Positions 7,393-15,580 of a DNA stretch of 17,899 nt are shown here, in pieces. Under the pieces are notes generated by a model that made no database searches, was not told the DNA's origin, and saw nothing but the letters and a program-made list of their open reading frames with translations. The DNA lies in assembly GCA_038046005.1 (NCBI GenBank), contig JBBSXB010000002.1, positions 1 through 17,899 of the forward strand. Direction: 5' to 3'. Both the position numbers and the translations under genes were made by a program. This DNA is from Nanobdellota archaeon. Lineage in GTDB: Archaea > Nanobdellota > Nanobdellia > Pacearchaeales > GW2011-AR1. Each line of letters begins with the position of its first letter. Position 1 is the stretch's first letter.

Positions 7393-7584
7393 TTATCTTG
7401 TTTTTATAGCGAACTCACCTTTATCTCTTAATTTTAATTTTTTGGCGATTTCTGATTTTTCCAAATCTCTGACTATTATCCTGCCTTTAAACCCTTCTGT
7501 AGACTCTTTAGAGCCACATCTGGGGCATTTGTCTCCTGTTTCATATATTGTGTTGCAAATTCTGCAAGCTTTTTGTTTAGCCAT
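7393..7584 (-). CDS. spt4: Transcription elongation factor Spt4 (RpoE2)
   Basis: KACRIC...CPRCGS...G.IIV.D...SEIAKKL.....G.FAI. Start corrected to 7584. Confidence 0.95.
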   Translation of the reverse strand: MAKQKACRICNTIYETGDKCPRCGSKESTEGFKGRIIVRDLEKSEIAKKLKLRDKGEFAIKTR

Positions 7585-7588
7585 TTTA

Positions 7589-7888
7589 TTAAGCGAGTCT
7601 CCTTTTAACTGATATATATACATCACAATTTGCATAATTATCACAATGAGTTTTAGTTTGATCAGAGATCTCGTCCTCTTTGGCTATTGTACATGTTCCT
7701 GAAACGCGGTCAATAGGAAAATAATGCCTGCATTTAGCATGCCTAGTAACCATTTGTGGCTCTTCTAAAACATCTGTAGGATGCAAATCTCTGCTCGTGT
7801 GAGGCATATTGTCTCCGAAAAATTTTCCGTGTTCAAAAACAGGAAATCCCATTAGACCAAAATTTGGGCCATCAATTCCTTCCATCAT
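7589..7888 (-). CDS. Hypothetical Cys/His-containing protein inserted between rpoE and spt4
   Basis: Fills the gap exactly, with an ATGA overlap on the rpoE stop and 4 nt to the spt4 start. Four Cys in the C-terminal half. Confidence 0.65.
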   Translation of the reverse strand: MMEGIDGPNFGLMGFPVFEHGKFFGDNMPHTSRDLHPTDVLEEPQMVTRHAKCRHYFPIDRVSGTCTIAKEDEISDQTKTHCDNYANCDVYISVKRRLA

Positions 7889-8499
7889 TTCTTCTTTCCC
7901 CCTTTACTCTTACCCTTAACTGCTTTTTCTTCTGATCTTGCCATTTTCTCTTCTGATTTTTGTTTTTTAGTCTGATCTTCATTTATCCAATCTAATTTTC
8001 CCAATCCAGGTTGCCTCATTGTCAATCCTATTTTTGGTTCATCGCCTTTATGGGAAATTGCGACAATTCTTGCCAAGCATAAATCTCCAGGTTTTAAAAC
8101 TCTCTTTGAAGCTTTTCCAGTAAGAGTATTTGATTTTGAGAAACTGACATAATCATCCATTGTCTGACCAATATGAATCATTCCTTTCATTGAACCCATA
8201 TTAATGAATGCACCGAAGTTTGTTATTTCGGAAACTTCTCCATAAACTAATTCGTGCAGTTCTGGCTTCCAAACCAATAGTTTAAATTTTGAAGCGTAAT
8301 AAGCTGCACCATCTTCGGGAATTAAGACACCTTCTCCAACTTCAAGAATCTCTATAACACTTAGAACCTTTCCAAGTTCCTCCTCGTAGTAGTCAGAATA
8401 TGTTTCTTTGAGCTGTTTTTCAACGGCCTCTACAGTAGGCAATCCAAAAAGTTTTGGGTCTACCCTAATGTAATCATCAACTTCTGTAATATAGAACAT
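7885..8499 (-). CDS. rpoE: DNA-directed RNA polymerase subunit Rpo7 (RpoE1)
   Basis: D.IRV.P..FG, S1 domain FGAFINMG...G.IHI.Q..DD, and KIGLTMRQPGLGKLDWI. Confidence 0.96.
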   Translation of the reverse strand: MFYITEVDDYIRVDPKLFGLPTVEAVEKQLKETYSDYYEEELGKVLSVIEILEVGEGVLIPEDGAAYYASKFKLLVWKPELHELVYGEVSEITNFGAFINMGSMKGMIHIGQTMDDYVSFSKSNTLTGKASKRVLKPGDLCLARIVAISHKGDEPKIGLTMRQPGLGKLDWINEDQTKKQKSEEKMARSEEKAVKGKSKGGKKK

Positions 8500-8549
8500 T
8501 TTATGAAAATTAAAGTAAAAATTGGTTTAAAAAGGTTATGATATGAAAG

Positions 8550-8909
8550 TCAAACAACTTCCAGCTTCTTTTTTCCCATTATGACCAATTTTCTATTTAA
8601 TATTGAAGCTTTAAGCTCTTTGTCAAGGGTTGCCACAATGACTTCCCTGTGTGATTTTGCATAATTTATTATCCCTTTGTCGGCACTTCCTCTCTCCAAA
8701 GCAAGGAGTTCGAAATTATTAGATTCTAAGATTTTAAGCGCGGTTCTTGCGTCCTGCAAATTTTCCTCATATCCAAGCTTTTCAAGCTCTTCAATAACCT
8801 GTTCAGAAATCAAGATTCTAAATCCCATTAATTTTATTTCTTCAAAAAAATCTATTTTTTGCTTGATACAAGTCACTATAAAATTCGTGTCCAGTATTAC
8901 GTCTGTCAT
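8550..8909 (-). CDS. PIN-domain protein (Fcf1/Utp24-like)
   Basis: VILDTNF, V..EL..L, AD..I and VATLDKELK motifs. Conserved archaeal position upstream of rpoE. Confidence 0.9.
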   Translation of the reverse strand: MTDVILDTNFIVTCIKQKIDFFEEIKLMGFRILISEQVIEELEKLGYEENLQDARTALKILESNNFELLALERGSADKGIINYAKSHREVIVATLDKELKASILNRKLVIMGKKKLEVV

Positions 8910-8988
8910 AATATGGAAAAGAAATAATGGTATAAAAAACTAATGTTGTGCATTAAATTTATTAACATCAAAATCCACTTGTTTTTAG

Positions 8989-9558
8989 GTGATTAAAATT
9001 CAAGAAAAAGATAACGTTCTGAGGATTTTTGTAGAAACAAAAGAGGCAATAACAAAAGAAGATGCCATGAAGTTGAACGAATTGAGCAATCAGACAATAC
9101 ACTCTGCCTCAATAACACAGGATCCGGACAACATTGCAGTTGCGGTGATAATCTATTCCCTTAGCAAGATAATTGAGAGAAAAAATTACAGAGGGTATAA
9201 TGGATGGGGAAAATTTTACAGAAAGATTGTTGACTGCATAGACCATTCTACAAAAGCGCTTGAGGACAATGATGATGACGAGTTAAGAGTCCACATCAAA
9301 TCTTTAAGAAATTCTATAGATAATCTTTCCGGAAAATTAAAAATTTATATCCATGATGTTTTCAGGAAGGCCTCTATAAACAAAGCATCTAGAATTTATG
9401 AACATGGTATTTCTTTGGAAAAGACTGCGGGTTTGTTAGGAATAACATTATATGAATTAGCAAGCTATGCCGGGGGAACGGGAATTCCGGATGTTTCGTT
9501 GAGCAAGACAATGGATGTGAAAAACAGAATTAAAATCGCTATGGAATTTTTCGAATGA
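8989..9558 (+). CDS. Conserved hypothetical helical protein with a possible C-terminal HTH
   Basis: Long ORF with GTG start. The segment GISLEKTAGLLGITLYEL is HTH-like. Confidence 0.75.
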   Translation: MIKIQEKDNVLRIFVETKEAITKEDAMKLNELSNQTIHSASITQDPDNIAVAVIIYSLSKIIERKNYRGYNGWGKFYRKIVDCIDHSTKALEDNDDDELRVHIKSLRNSIDNLSGKLKIYIHDVFRKASINKASRIYEHGISLEKTAGLLGITLYELASYAGGTGIPDVSLSKTMDVKNRIKIAMEFFE

Positions 9559-9604
9559 AAAATTCGGTTTTCGCCCAAGCGTGGTCGAATCTGGAGATGT
9601 TTGG

Positions 9605-10072
9605 ATGATTGACAAAAGAGTAGTTAATTTTATTTGTAAAGCAAAAAAACAAGCTTATGCATCAACAGACTCTAAACCAAAAAAAACAAAAGATGGAGGA
9701 GAGACTTATTCTATCAAAGAAGGAGATTTGTTGTATACAGACACTTATTTTGGAAGTGTGGTTGATTGCGGACAAGAAAGAGTTTATTGTAAAGGAAAAG
9801 TTATTTGGATTATGGCTTATAGGGGAGGAATATTTGAAAAGCATCAACACTTGCATCGAGAAGCATTTAGTTTTTTAAAAAAATGTATCAGTAAAATTCC
9901 AAAAAATTTTCCTGCAAGAGGCCCGAAATCACTTAAAATTGGAAAATTTAGATATGAAAATAAATGGATCGGTAACATAGAAGGATTTGTTGGGGAAGAA
10001 AATATTTATTATGACGGAAATAAAATTTGTTTTAGAAACTATATTGGGGGTTTAATCAAAAACAGAAAATGA
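9605..10072 (+). CDS. DUF5680-like protein
   Basis: AKK..YA, Y.DTYFG....GQE.V, W.M.Y.G, P.RGP and G.E.I pattern. ATG at 9605 is preferred over GTG at 9581. Confidence 0.75.
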   Translation: MIDKRVVNFICKAKKQAYASTDSKPKKTKDGGETYSIKEGDLLYTDTYFGSVVDCGQERVYCKGKVIWIMAYRGGIFEKHQHLHREAFSFLKKCISKIPKNFPARGPKSLKIGKFRYENKWIGNIEGFVGEENIYYDGNKICFRNYIGGLIKNRK

Positions 10073-10758
10073 CACAAAAAGCAATCATATTCGACTCAAG
10101 CACACTCATAAGCATGTCAATGAACGGACTGTTTGATGAATTAAGAAATCTAAAAAAGATTTTTGGTGGAAGTTTTTTTATAACCCAAGATGTGAAGAGG
10201 GAGATTATTGACAAACCTTTGACAATAAAAAAATTTGAATTGGAAGCCTTGAAGCTTAAGGAACTGCTGGAAGAGGGAGTTTTGGAAATACCATCTGCTT
10301 TGGGGGTAAATGAAAAAGATCTCTATAAAGATATTGAAAAGCTGAAAAATATTGCAAACACGACATACAAGTCAAAAAGAAATGACATATATATAATTGA
10401 TTCTGGCGAAACATCTTGTTTAGTCCTGAGCAAAGCATTGACTGAGAAAGGGATAAAAAATGTGGTTGCCGTCGATGAAAGGACAATAAGAATGCTTTGT
10501 GAAAAGCCGGATAACTTAAAAAAACTGCTTGCGAAAAAACTTCACACGCCAATTTCTGCATTAGACGAAAATTTCAAATATTTTAAAGGATTCAAATTTA
10601 TCAGGTCTTCAGAACTTCTTTATGTTTCATACAAAAAAGGTCTCGTAAAACTTAAAGGCCCAATGGTTCTTGATGCCTTGCTTTACGCCGTGAAGTTTAA
10701 AGGCTGTGCAATTTCCGACGATGAGATAAAAGAAATTGAAAAAATAAGAGGATATTAA
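10069..10758 (+). CDS. PIN-like domain protein
   Basis: IIFDSSTLI, V..EII, IDSGE.S.L.L and VAVDERT.R acidic PIN motifs. Confidence 0.8.
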   Translation: MTQKAIIFDSSTLISMSMNGLFDELRNLKKIFGGSFFITQDVKREIIDKPLTIKKFELEALKLKELLEEGVLEIPSALGVNEKDLYKDIEKLKNIANTTYKSKRNDIYIIDSGETSCLVLSKALTEKGIKNVVAVDERTIRMLCEKPDNLKKLLAKKLHTPISALDENFKYFKGFKFIRSSELLYVSYKKGLVKLKGPMVLDALLYAVKFKGCAISDDEIKEIEKIRGY

Positions 10759-10766
10759 CAAAAACA

Positions 10767-10795
10767 TTTATAAACATATGAAATTTTTTTCATAT
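10767..10795 (+). promoter_or_regulatory. TATA box plus palindromic operator ATATGAAA-N4-TTTCATAT upstream of the DoxX gene
   Basis: TTTATAAA at 10767-10774. Perfect 8-bp inverted arms at 10776-10783 and 10788-10795. Confidence 0.5.
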
Positions 10796-10825
10796 AATTC
10801 TTATATAGTTATAAGGGAGGAAAAG

Positions 10826-11206
10826 ATGAAAAAGATTTTTGAAAAAAGTTCAGAACGGCTTTGGGTTGTATTTAGGGTATTAGTAGGAATACTCTTCTTT
10901 ACTCATGGCGGACAAAAGTTGCTAGGATGGTTCGGAAGCAAAGGAACTGTGAAGCTTTTCTCGCTGATGGGTTTAGCCGGAATAATAGAGATTTGCGTCG
11001 GTGTTCTTTTAATACTGGGATTATTTGCCAGATATACTGCTTTATTTGGAACAATGGACATGATTGGAGCATATTTCTATGTGCATATAAAGAGTGCTGC
11101 TTTCCCTTGGCAAAACGGCGGGGAACTCGCATTATTATATCTCGTAGCGTTCCTTGCAATAATGGCCAAAGGACCTGGGATGTTATCCTTAGACCGGAAT
11201 AAATAG
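10826..11206 (+). CDS. DoxX family membrane protein
   Basis: R...G.LF..HG.QKL.G, E...G.L...GLF.R and NGGELA..Y......GPG..SLD motifs. GGAGG SD before the ATG at 10826. Confidence 0.9.
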   Translation: MKKIFEKSSERLWVVFRVLVGILFFTHGGQKLLGWFGSKGTVKLFSLMGLAGIIEICVGVLLILGLFARYTALFGTMDMIGAYFYVHIKSAAFPWQNGGELALLYLVAFLAIMAKGPGMLSLDRNK

Positions 11207-11243
11207 ATACATTTTTATTTTAATTTTATTTTATATTTTTACA

Positions 11244-12284
11244 ATGAATAGTCAAAAAAAAATAATCATAATCGGCGGAGGATTTACAGGAGCTTATTGT
11301 GCCAAAAGACTTCAGAATGATTTTGATGTGATTTTGATAGACAGCAAGGAATATTTTGAATTTACACCCTCAATTCTTAAAGCATTAGTCAGCATGAAAA
11401 GTTTAGACAAGATACAGGTGAAGCACAGCAGTTATTTAAAAAACGGGAAATTTATAATGGGAAAGGCAAGTGAGGTCGGAAAAGATTATGTTATTATTAA
11501 TTCTAAAAGACTGAATTTTGATTATCTAATAATTTCTTCAGGGTCATCATACGACAGGCCTATAAAAGAACAAAATGTTTTTATTGTACAAAGAGGTAAA
11601 CATATTCTAGACTATAGAGAAAAAATAAAAAATTCAGATAAAATTCTTATTATTGGGGGAGGATTGGTAGGAGTTGAACTTTCTGCAGAAATAATTGAAA
11701 AATATCCTTGGAAAAAAGTGACCATAATCGAGTTTAACAAAAGTCTGATTTCAAGGAACAATGAGGCATCAAAAGAATATACTAAAAAACATATGAAAAA
11801 AAATGGCGTAAAGGTCATATTTGAAGAAAAAGTGGTCAAGAATAATAAAAATTATTTTATTACTGATAAAGGCAGAAAATTAAAAGTTGATTTGGCTTTT
11901 TTCTGTGCAGGCATTATGTGCAATTCTGAGTTCATGAAAAGAAATTTTAAACAAAAAATAAACAACAGGGGGCAAATAGAAACTAACAAGTTTCTGCAAT
12001 TAGACGGGCATGAAAACATTTTTGTTGGAGGGGATGTTTCTTCTATACCTGAAGAAAAAACGGCGCAGAATTCTGAAGAGCATGCTAAAATTATTATTGA
12101 AAACATAAAAAGGATTGAAAAAAATTCTGAATTAAAAGAATATAAAACAAAAACCAGAGCTTTTGTGATTTCTTTGGGAGAGAAAAAGGGAATTTACGAA
12201 TATGGAAAGTTCTCTTTCTATGGGGTTATTCCTGCCTTAATGAAGAAAATTATTGAAACCAAAACAATGTGGAGATATAGATAA
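11244..12284 (+). CDS. FAD-dependent pyridine nucleotide oxidoreductase (NDH-2 / AIFM2-FSP1-like)
   Basis: Two Rossmann motifs (IIGGGFTG and IIGGGLVGVELSAE), FDYLIISSGS, and IFVGGD. Confidence 0.88.
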   Translation: MNSQKKIIIIGGGFTGAYCAKRLQNDFDVILIDSKEYFEFTPSILKALVSMKSLDKIQVKHSSYLKNGKFIMGKASEVGKDYVIINSKRLNFDYLIISSGSSYDRPIKEQNVFIVQRGKHILDYREKIKNSDKILIIGGGLVGVELSAEIIEKYPWKKVTIIEFNKSLISRNNEASKEYTKKHMKKNGVKVIFEEKVVKNNKNYFITDKGRKLKVDLAFFCAGIMCNSEFMKRNFKQKINNRGQIETNKFLQLDGHENIFVGGDVSSIPEEKTAQNSEEHAKIIIENIKRIEKNSELKEYKTKTRAFVISLGEKKGIYEYGKFSFYGVIPALMKKIIETKTMWRYR

Positions 12285-12360
12285 GGTTAAAATGTTCTAT
12301 TTGTATCACACCTTTAAAATAGGTACGATGTCTTAAATACTATTAGATAACTTGTTTATT

Positions 12361-12837
12361 ATGAAGTGGAAAAAAGAAGAAGTAGATTTATTAAAAGAAA
12401 GCTATCCAAAAAGAGTTACATTAAAGGAAATTTCTAATAAACTTGGAAAAAGTATCAAATCTGTAAAACACAAAGCTGCAAGAATAGGTATTCATAGACC
12501 AAGATTTCGACCTGACAAAATTAATCAAAAAGAGCCCAGGTGGGTTATCGATAAAAGATATTATGAAAATAACAAAGAAAAAGTTTATTTGAGAAAAATG
12601 AACAGAAGAAAAAGGCTTAAAGAGGAAGTTGTTAATATGTTAGGGAACAAATGTAGACTTTGTGGCTATAATAAATCCTACGCTGCCTTTGATTTCCATC
12701 ATGATAAGGGAGAAAAAGAAGAGAATATAAGTTATTTGATAAAAAATGAATCACGACAAAAGCTTTTAAAAGAGGTGGAAAAGTGTATATTACTATGTTC
12801 TAATTGCCATAGGGAACTACATAATAAGGGTCCATAG
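12361..12837 (+). CDS. HTH (Myb/SANT-like) plus zinc-binding HNH endonuclease
   Basis: N-terminal W..EE..LL...Y......I...LG.S..SV..KA. C-terminal CRLCG....AFDFHH ... CILLCSNCHRELH. Confidence 0.85.
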   Translation: MKWKKEEVDLLKESYPKRVTLKEISNKLGKSIKSVKHKAARIGIHRPRFRPDKINQKEPRWVIDKRYYENNKEKVYLRKMNRRKRLKEEVVNMLGNKCRLCGYNKSYAAFDFHHDKGEKEENISYLIKNESRQKLLKEVEKCILLCSNCHRELHNKGP

Positions 12838-12917
12838 GCTAGTGGTAGACTACCTGGCTCCAGTGTTAGAAATAATGGAGAGCCCAGGAGGTGGGAGTTC
12901 GATTCTCTCTGGGCCCA
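12828..12917 (+). tRNA. tRNA-Trp(CCA) with a 19-nt canonical intron (12864-12882)
   Basis: Acceptor stem GGGTCCA/TGGGCCC. Anticodon stem CCTGG/CCAGG with CT-CCA-G. BHB motif: central helix CTCC/GGAG, bulges AGT and AGC, intron hairpin GTTA-GAAA-TAAT. T arm GGGAG-TTCGATT-CTCTC. Confidence 0.93.
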
Positions 12918-12964
12918 TTTTGTAGTATAACAATATTTAAATAATAATTTAAATCTTTTTGTAA

Positions 12965-13303
12965 ATGGGAGAAGACGATTCACCTCGTAAAATACATTTA
13001 GGTTTTGATCCAAAAGAAACTTCTGATGAAGGAGTTAAACGAATTTTTGAAAATAGATTGGCAAGAATTCTTTGGGCAGGAATTAAAAGCACTGCTTTAA
13101 CAGACGAAAGATTTCCTGCTAACTGTTTAGGGGCTGCGGAATATATGGAAAATAAAGGGGTTCCAAAGGATGTTCAGAAGGCTAGATTTATAATGAAGCG
13201 TTTTTTTGGTTTAGAATATGTAGATATGGCTGAAAAGATCTTACCTTATTTAACTGGTGAAAAGGAAATGGAATTTTATGTCAAAGCTAAATTCCCAAAT
13301 TAA
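12965..13303 (+). CDS. Hypothetical protein (112 aa)
   Basis: TATA-like TTTAAATA about 28 nt upstream of a leaderless ATG. No recognised motif. Confidence 0.65.
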   Translation: MGEDDSPRKIHLGFDPKETSDEGVKRIFENRLARILWAGIKSTALTDERFPANCLGAAEYMENKGVPKDVQKARFIMKRFFGLEYVDMAEKILPYLTGEKEMEFYVKAKFPN

Positions 13304-13349
13304 TTTTTGTGATGGGAAGATTTAATAGTGATTTTTGACAGATATATAA

Positions 13350-13901
13350 ATGCCAAAAGAGAAGCAAAAAAAGAGCAAAAAGTGGGTTATCTTGTTTATA
13401 ATATTAGCTGTTATTTTGCTATTAGTGGGAGGCATTTATTCTTATGATAAATATTTCAAAAAAGAGGCGCCAAAAAAACAATCAGCTGCTTCACAAAGTT
13501 CTGGCACTTCCAACAGCAAGCCAATAGTCTACAGAGTTGCGACGCAGGAAGATTATAAAAATTTTGAAGAAATCTTGCAAAAAAATGATTTAATAAATAA
13601 ACTGCCAGATGATGCTAAAATTGTTCTAGCATTCTATAATTTTTACACTAGAGAAAGGGTATGGGAAGCATCATATCTTTTAAGCAAAGGAAAAGTGGAA
13701 AAAGGAACACTGGACGATTATGACATAAAATTAATGATGCACTCAAAATATATAACCATTTTAAATGAAAATAATCTGTGCAGCATCATTCAATTGGCGC
13801 AGAGAAACGGAGATTTTGGTAGCGAAACGCAAGCTTCAAAATTAAGTCTGGCTTGGAAGTATAAATCGATAATGAGTTACAAAGATTGTTTAGGATTGTG
13901 A
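13350..13901 (+). CDS. Membrane-anchored protein with a Ser-rich linker and a possible SCP2-like domain
   Basis: Basic N-terminus followed by a TM helix (WVILFIILAVILLLVGGIY) and an S/T linker. The SCP2-like assignment of the C-terminal domain is tentative. Confidence 0.7.
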   Translation: MPKEKQKKSKKWVILFIILAVILLLVGGIYSYDKYFKKEAPKKQSAASQSSGTSNSKPIVYRVATQEDYKNFEEILQKNDLINKLPDDAKIVLAFYNFYTRERVWEASYLLSKGKVEKGTLDDYDIKLMMHSKYITILNENNLCSIIQLAQRNGDFGSETQASKLSLAWKYKSIMSYKDCLGL

Positions 13902-13907
13902 TTAAAA

Positions 13908-14770
13908 CTAATTTTTTCTTTTAGATTCTTTTCTCTTCTTTATCTTTTTCCTAACATAAAAAAAAGCCAGAGGGATTAACAAGCCTATAACAAAAGTCCA
14001 GAAAGCTGAAATTCCCTTGCTTTGAGATAATGTTTTATTAAAATAACTGGGGTCAAAATAAACTACTTTTTCAATTTGTCTTCTTTCATTTATTTGGTCC
14101 GTATAACTTATATTGAGTATGATCCCCCCTGCTTTAAGTCTGCATCAAATGTTGCAATATCATCTTGATTCGCATCCAGGTTACCAATTATGATTTTGTT
14201 TGTTCCGTAAACGTTTGCATTATCTTGTTTAGGCAACTCAAGAGTCAAGGCCTCTACATTTTTTGGGCCAATGTTTAAGATGTCCAAAGTTAGTTTTTTA
14301 GTTGCTAAAGAATAATCTTTTATATTGACCTCAAAATCACTTCTTGAATCTTCAACAGTTATATTGAATTTTTTTTCAATCACGGCTTCGTTACCTCCTA
14401 CGGTGTATTTGACTGTTATTTCGTTTTCTCCATCTAATGCCGCCTTATCCACTCTTAATTTGTAAGGAATCAGGAAAAAATCTTTGTAATCTTTTGCATA
14501 TGTCCCGCTTTTCATTGTTACTTCCCTTTCTGAACCGGGATCAAGAGAAAATGGGAAAAAGTCATCAAACCAGAATTTTACACTGCTACATTCTGATCCC
14601 GAGATACCGCTTACCTGGAATATAACTTTAACATAGTCCCCAGGCATTGCCGGGTAAGGATCCTGGTTGACTAATACTGTATTTATGGTGCAAGTTGCAG
14701 CCGTGAAACTCAGTAATAACAGTGCTGAAAATAAAATGATTGCTTTGTTCATGTTTACTCCAATATTCAT
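13908..14770 (-). pseudogene. Secreted S-layer/COG1361-like protein, frameshifted at a G6 run
   Basis: Signal peptide and QDPYPA.PG.YVK..FQ motif. The ORF stops at 14108, but another frame (14123-13908) continues IILNISYTDQINERR... with a TM helix and basic tail. Confidence 0.8.
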
Positions 14771-14806
14771 ACAAAATAATATCTATATTTAAAGCTTTTT
14801 GGTAGC

Positions 14807-15538
14807 TTAAGGCAGGTCTTTGACGCTGCCAAACTCATAAACTTGATCTTCACCTATTACATGGACTTTGAATTTCAATAATGATTTTTTAGGAATTATT
14901 GAAAAATAATCTTCATAATCATCTTTGTAGTCATTTACAGGAGAACCTTCTATAAAATCAAGGAAACTTGGGAGAATAATTATTTTTTTACCTTCGAAAT
15001 TTCCCTCAAGAAAACATTTGTATGTCTCTTTTTTGACACCATCTTCTTCTTTTAGCACAACAGAAGGATGTATGTGGCCCATAACAATTGTTTTTATTTT
15101 TTTGTCAAATGTCTCTTTAATTGGTTCATCTCCATGGATAAAGACTATTTCATCTTCAATGTAAAAATCTTTCATGAAACCTTCAAAAGTGTAGTCCATT
15201 GTATCATGATTTCCTTTTAGCAGGATTATGTTTTCAGCAGGGAATTTTTCTCCTAGAAATTCAAGAACTTCCTGGAACTCGTTCCTCTCTTCGCTTTCAA
15301 AGCCAAAAGCGTGTTTTATGTCTCCTAGAAAGACAATTTTTTTTATATTTTGTTTTCTATCTTTTTCTATGGCATCAAATATTTTTTTCAGCTCATTAAT
15401 CAAATCTTTTATCTGTCTTTTTGGTATAAGAACTCCTGACTGTCTTAATCTTGATTCATAACCGATGTGCAAATCTCCAATTACGAGAATTCCTTTTTTT
15501 GGAAAGAATAGGGATTTTGAGAGGAAAGTGTAGTCCAT
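14807..15538 (-). CDS. Calcineurin-like metallophosphoesterase (COG1407-like)
   Basis: GDLHIG, LGDIKH, GNHD, HG, GH.HP and LPSF motifs. Confidence 0.92.
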   Translation of the reverse strand: MDYTFLSKSLFFPKKGILVIGDLHIGYESRLRQSGVLIPKRQIKDLINELKKIFDAIEKDRKQNIKKIVFLGDIKHAFGFESEERNEFQEVLEFLGEKFPAENIILLKGNHDTMDYTFEGFMKDFYIEDEIVFIHGDEPIKETFDKKIKTIVMGHIHPSVVLKEEDGVKKETYKCFLEGNFEGKKIIILPSFLDFIEGSPVNDYKDDYEDYFSIIPKKSLLKFKVHVIGEDQVYEFGSVKDLP

Positions 15539-15580
15539 GAAAAAAGAATTTAGAAGAAGTTTATAAGAGTTTTGTGAGAA

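Noticed and set aside
9560-9595. tRNA fragment (GCCCAAGCGTGGTC resembles a D-arm)
   Set aside because: No anticodon arm, T arm or acceptor stem pairing.
12285-12360. 5' half of a split tRNA, or the HNH gene lying within a tRNA intron
   Set aside because: There is no tRNA fragment upstream of the HNH gene. The tRNA-Trp is complete and its intron is only 19 nt.
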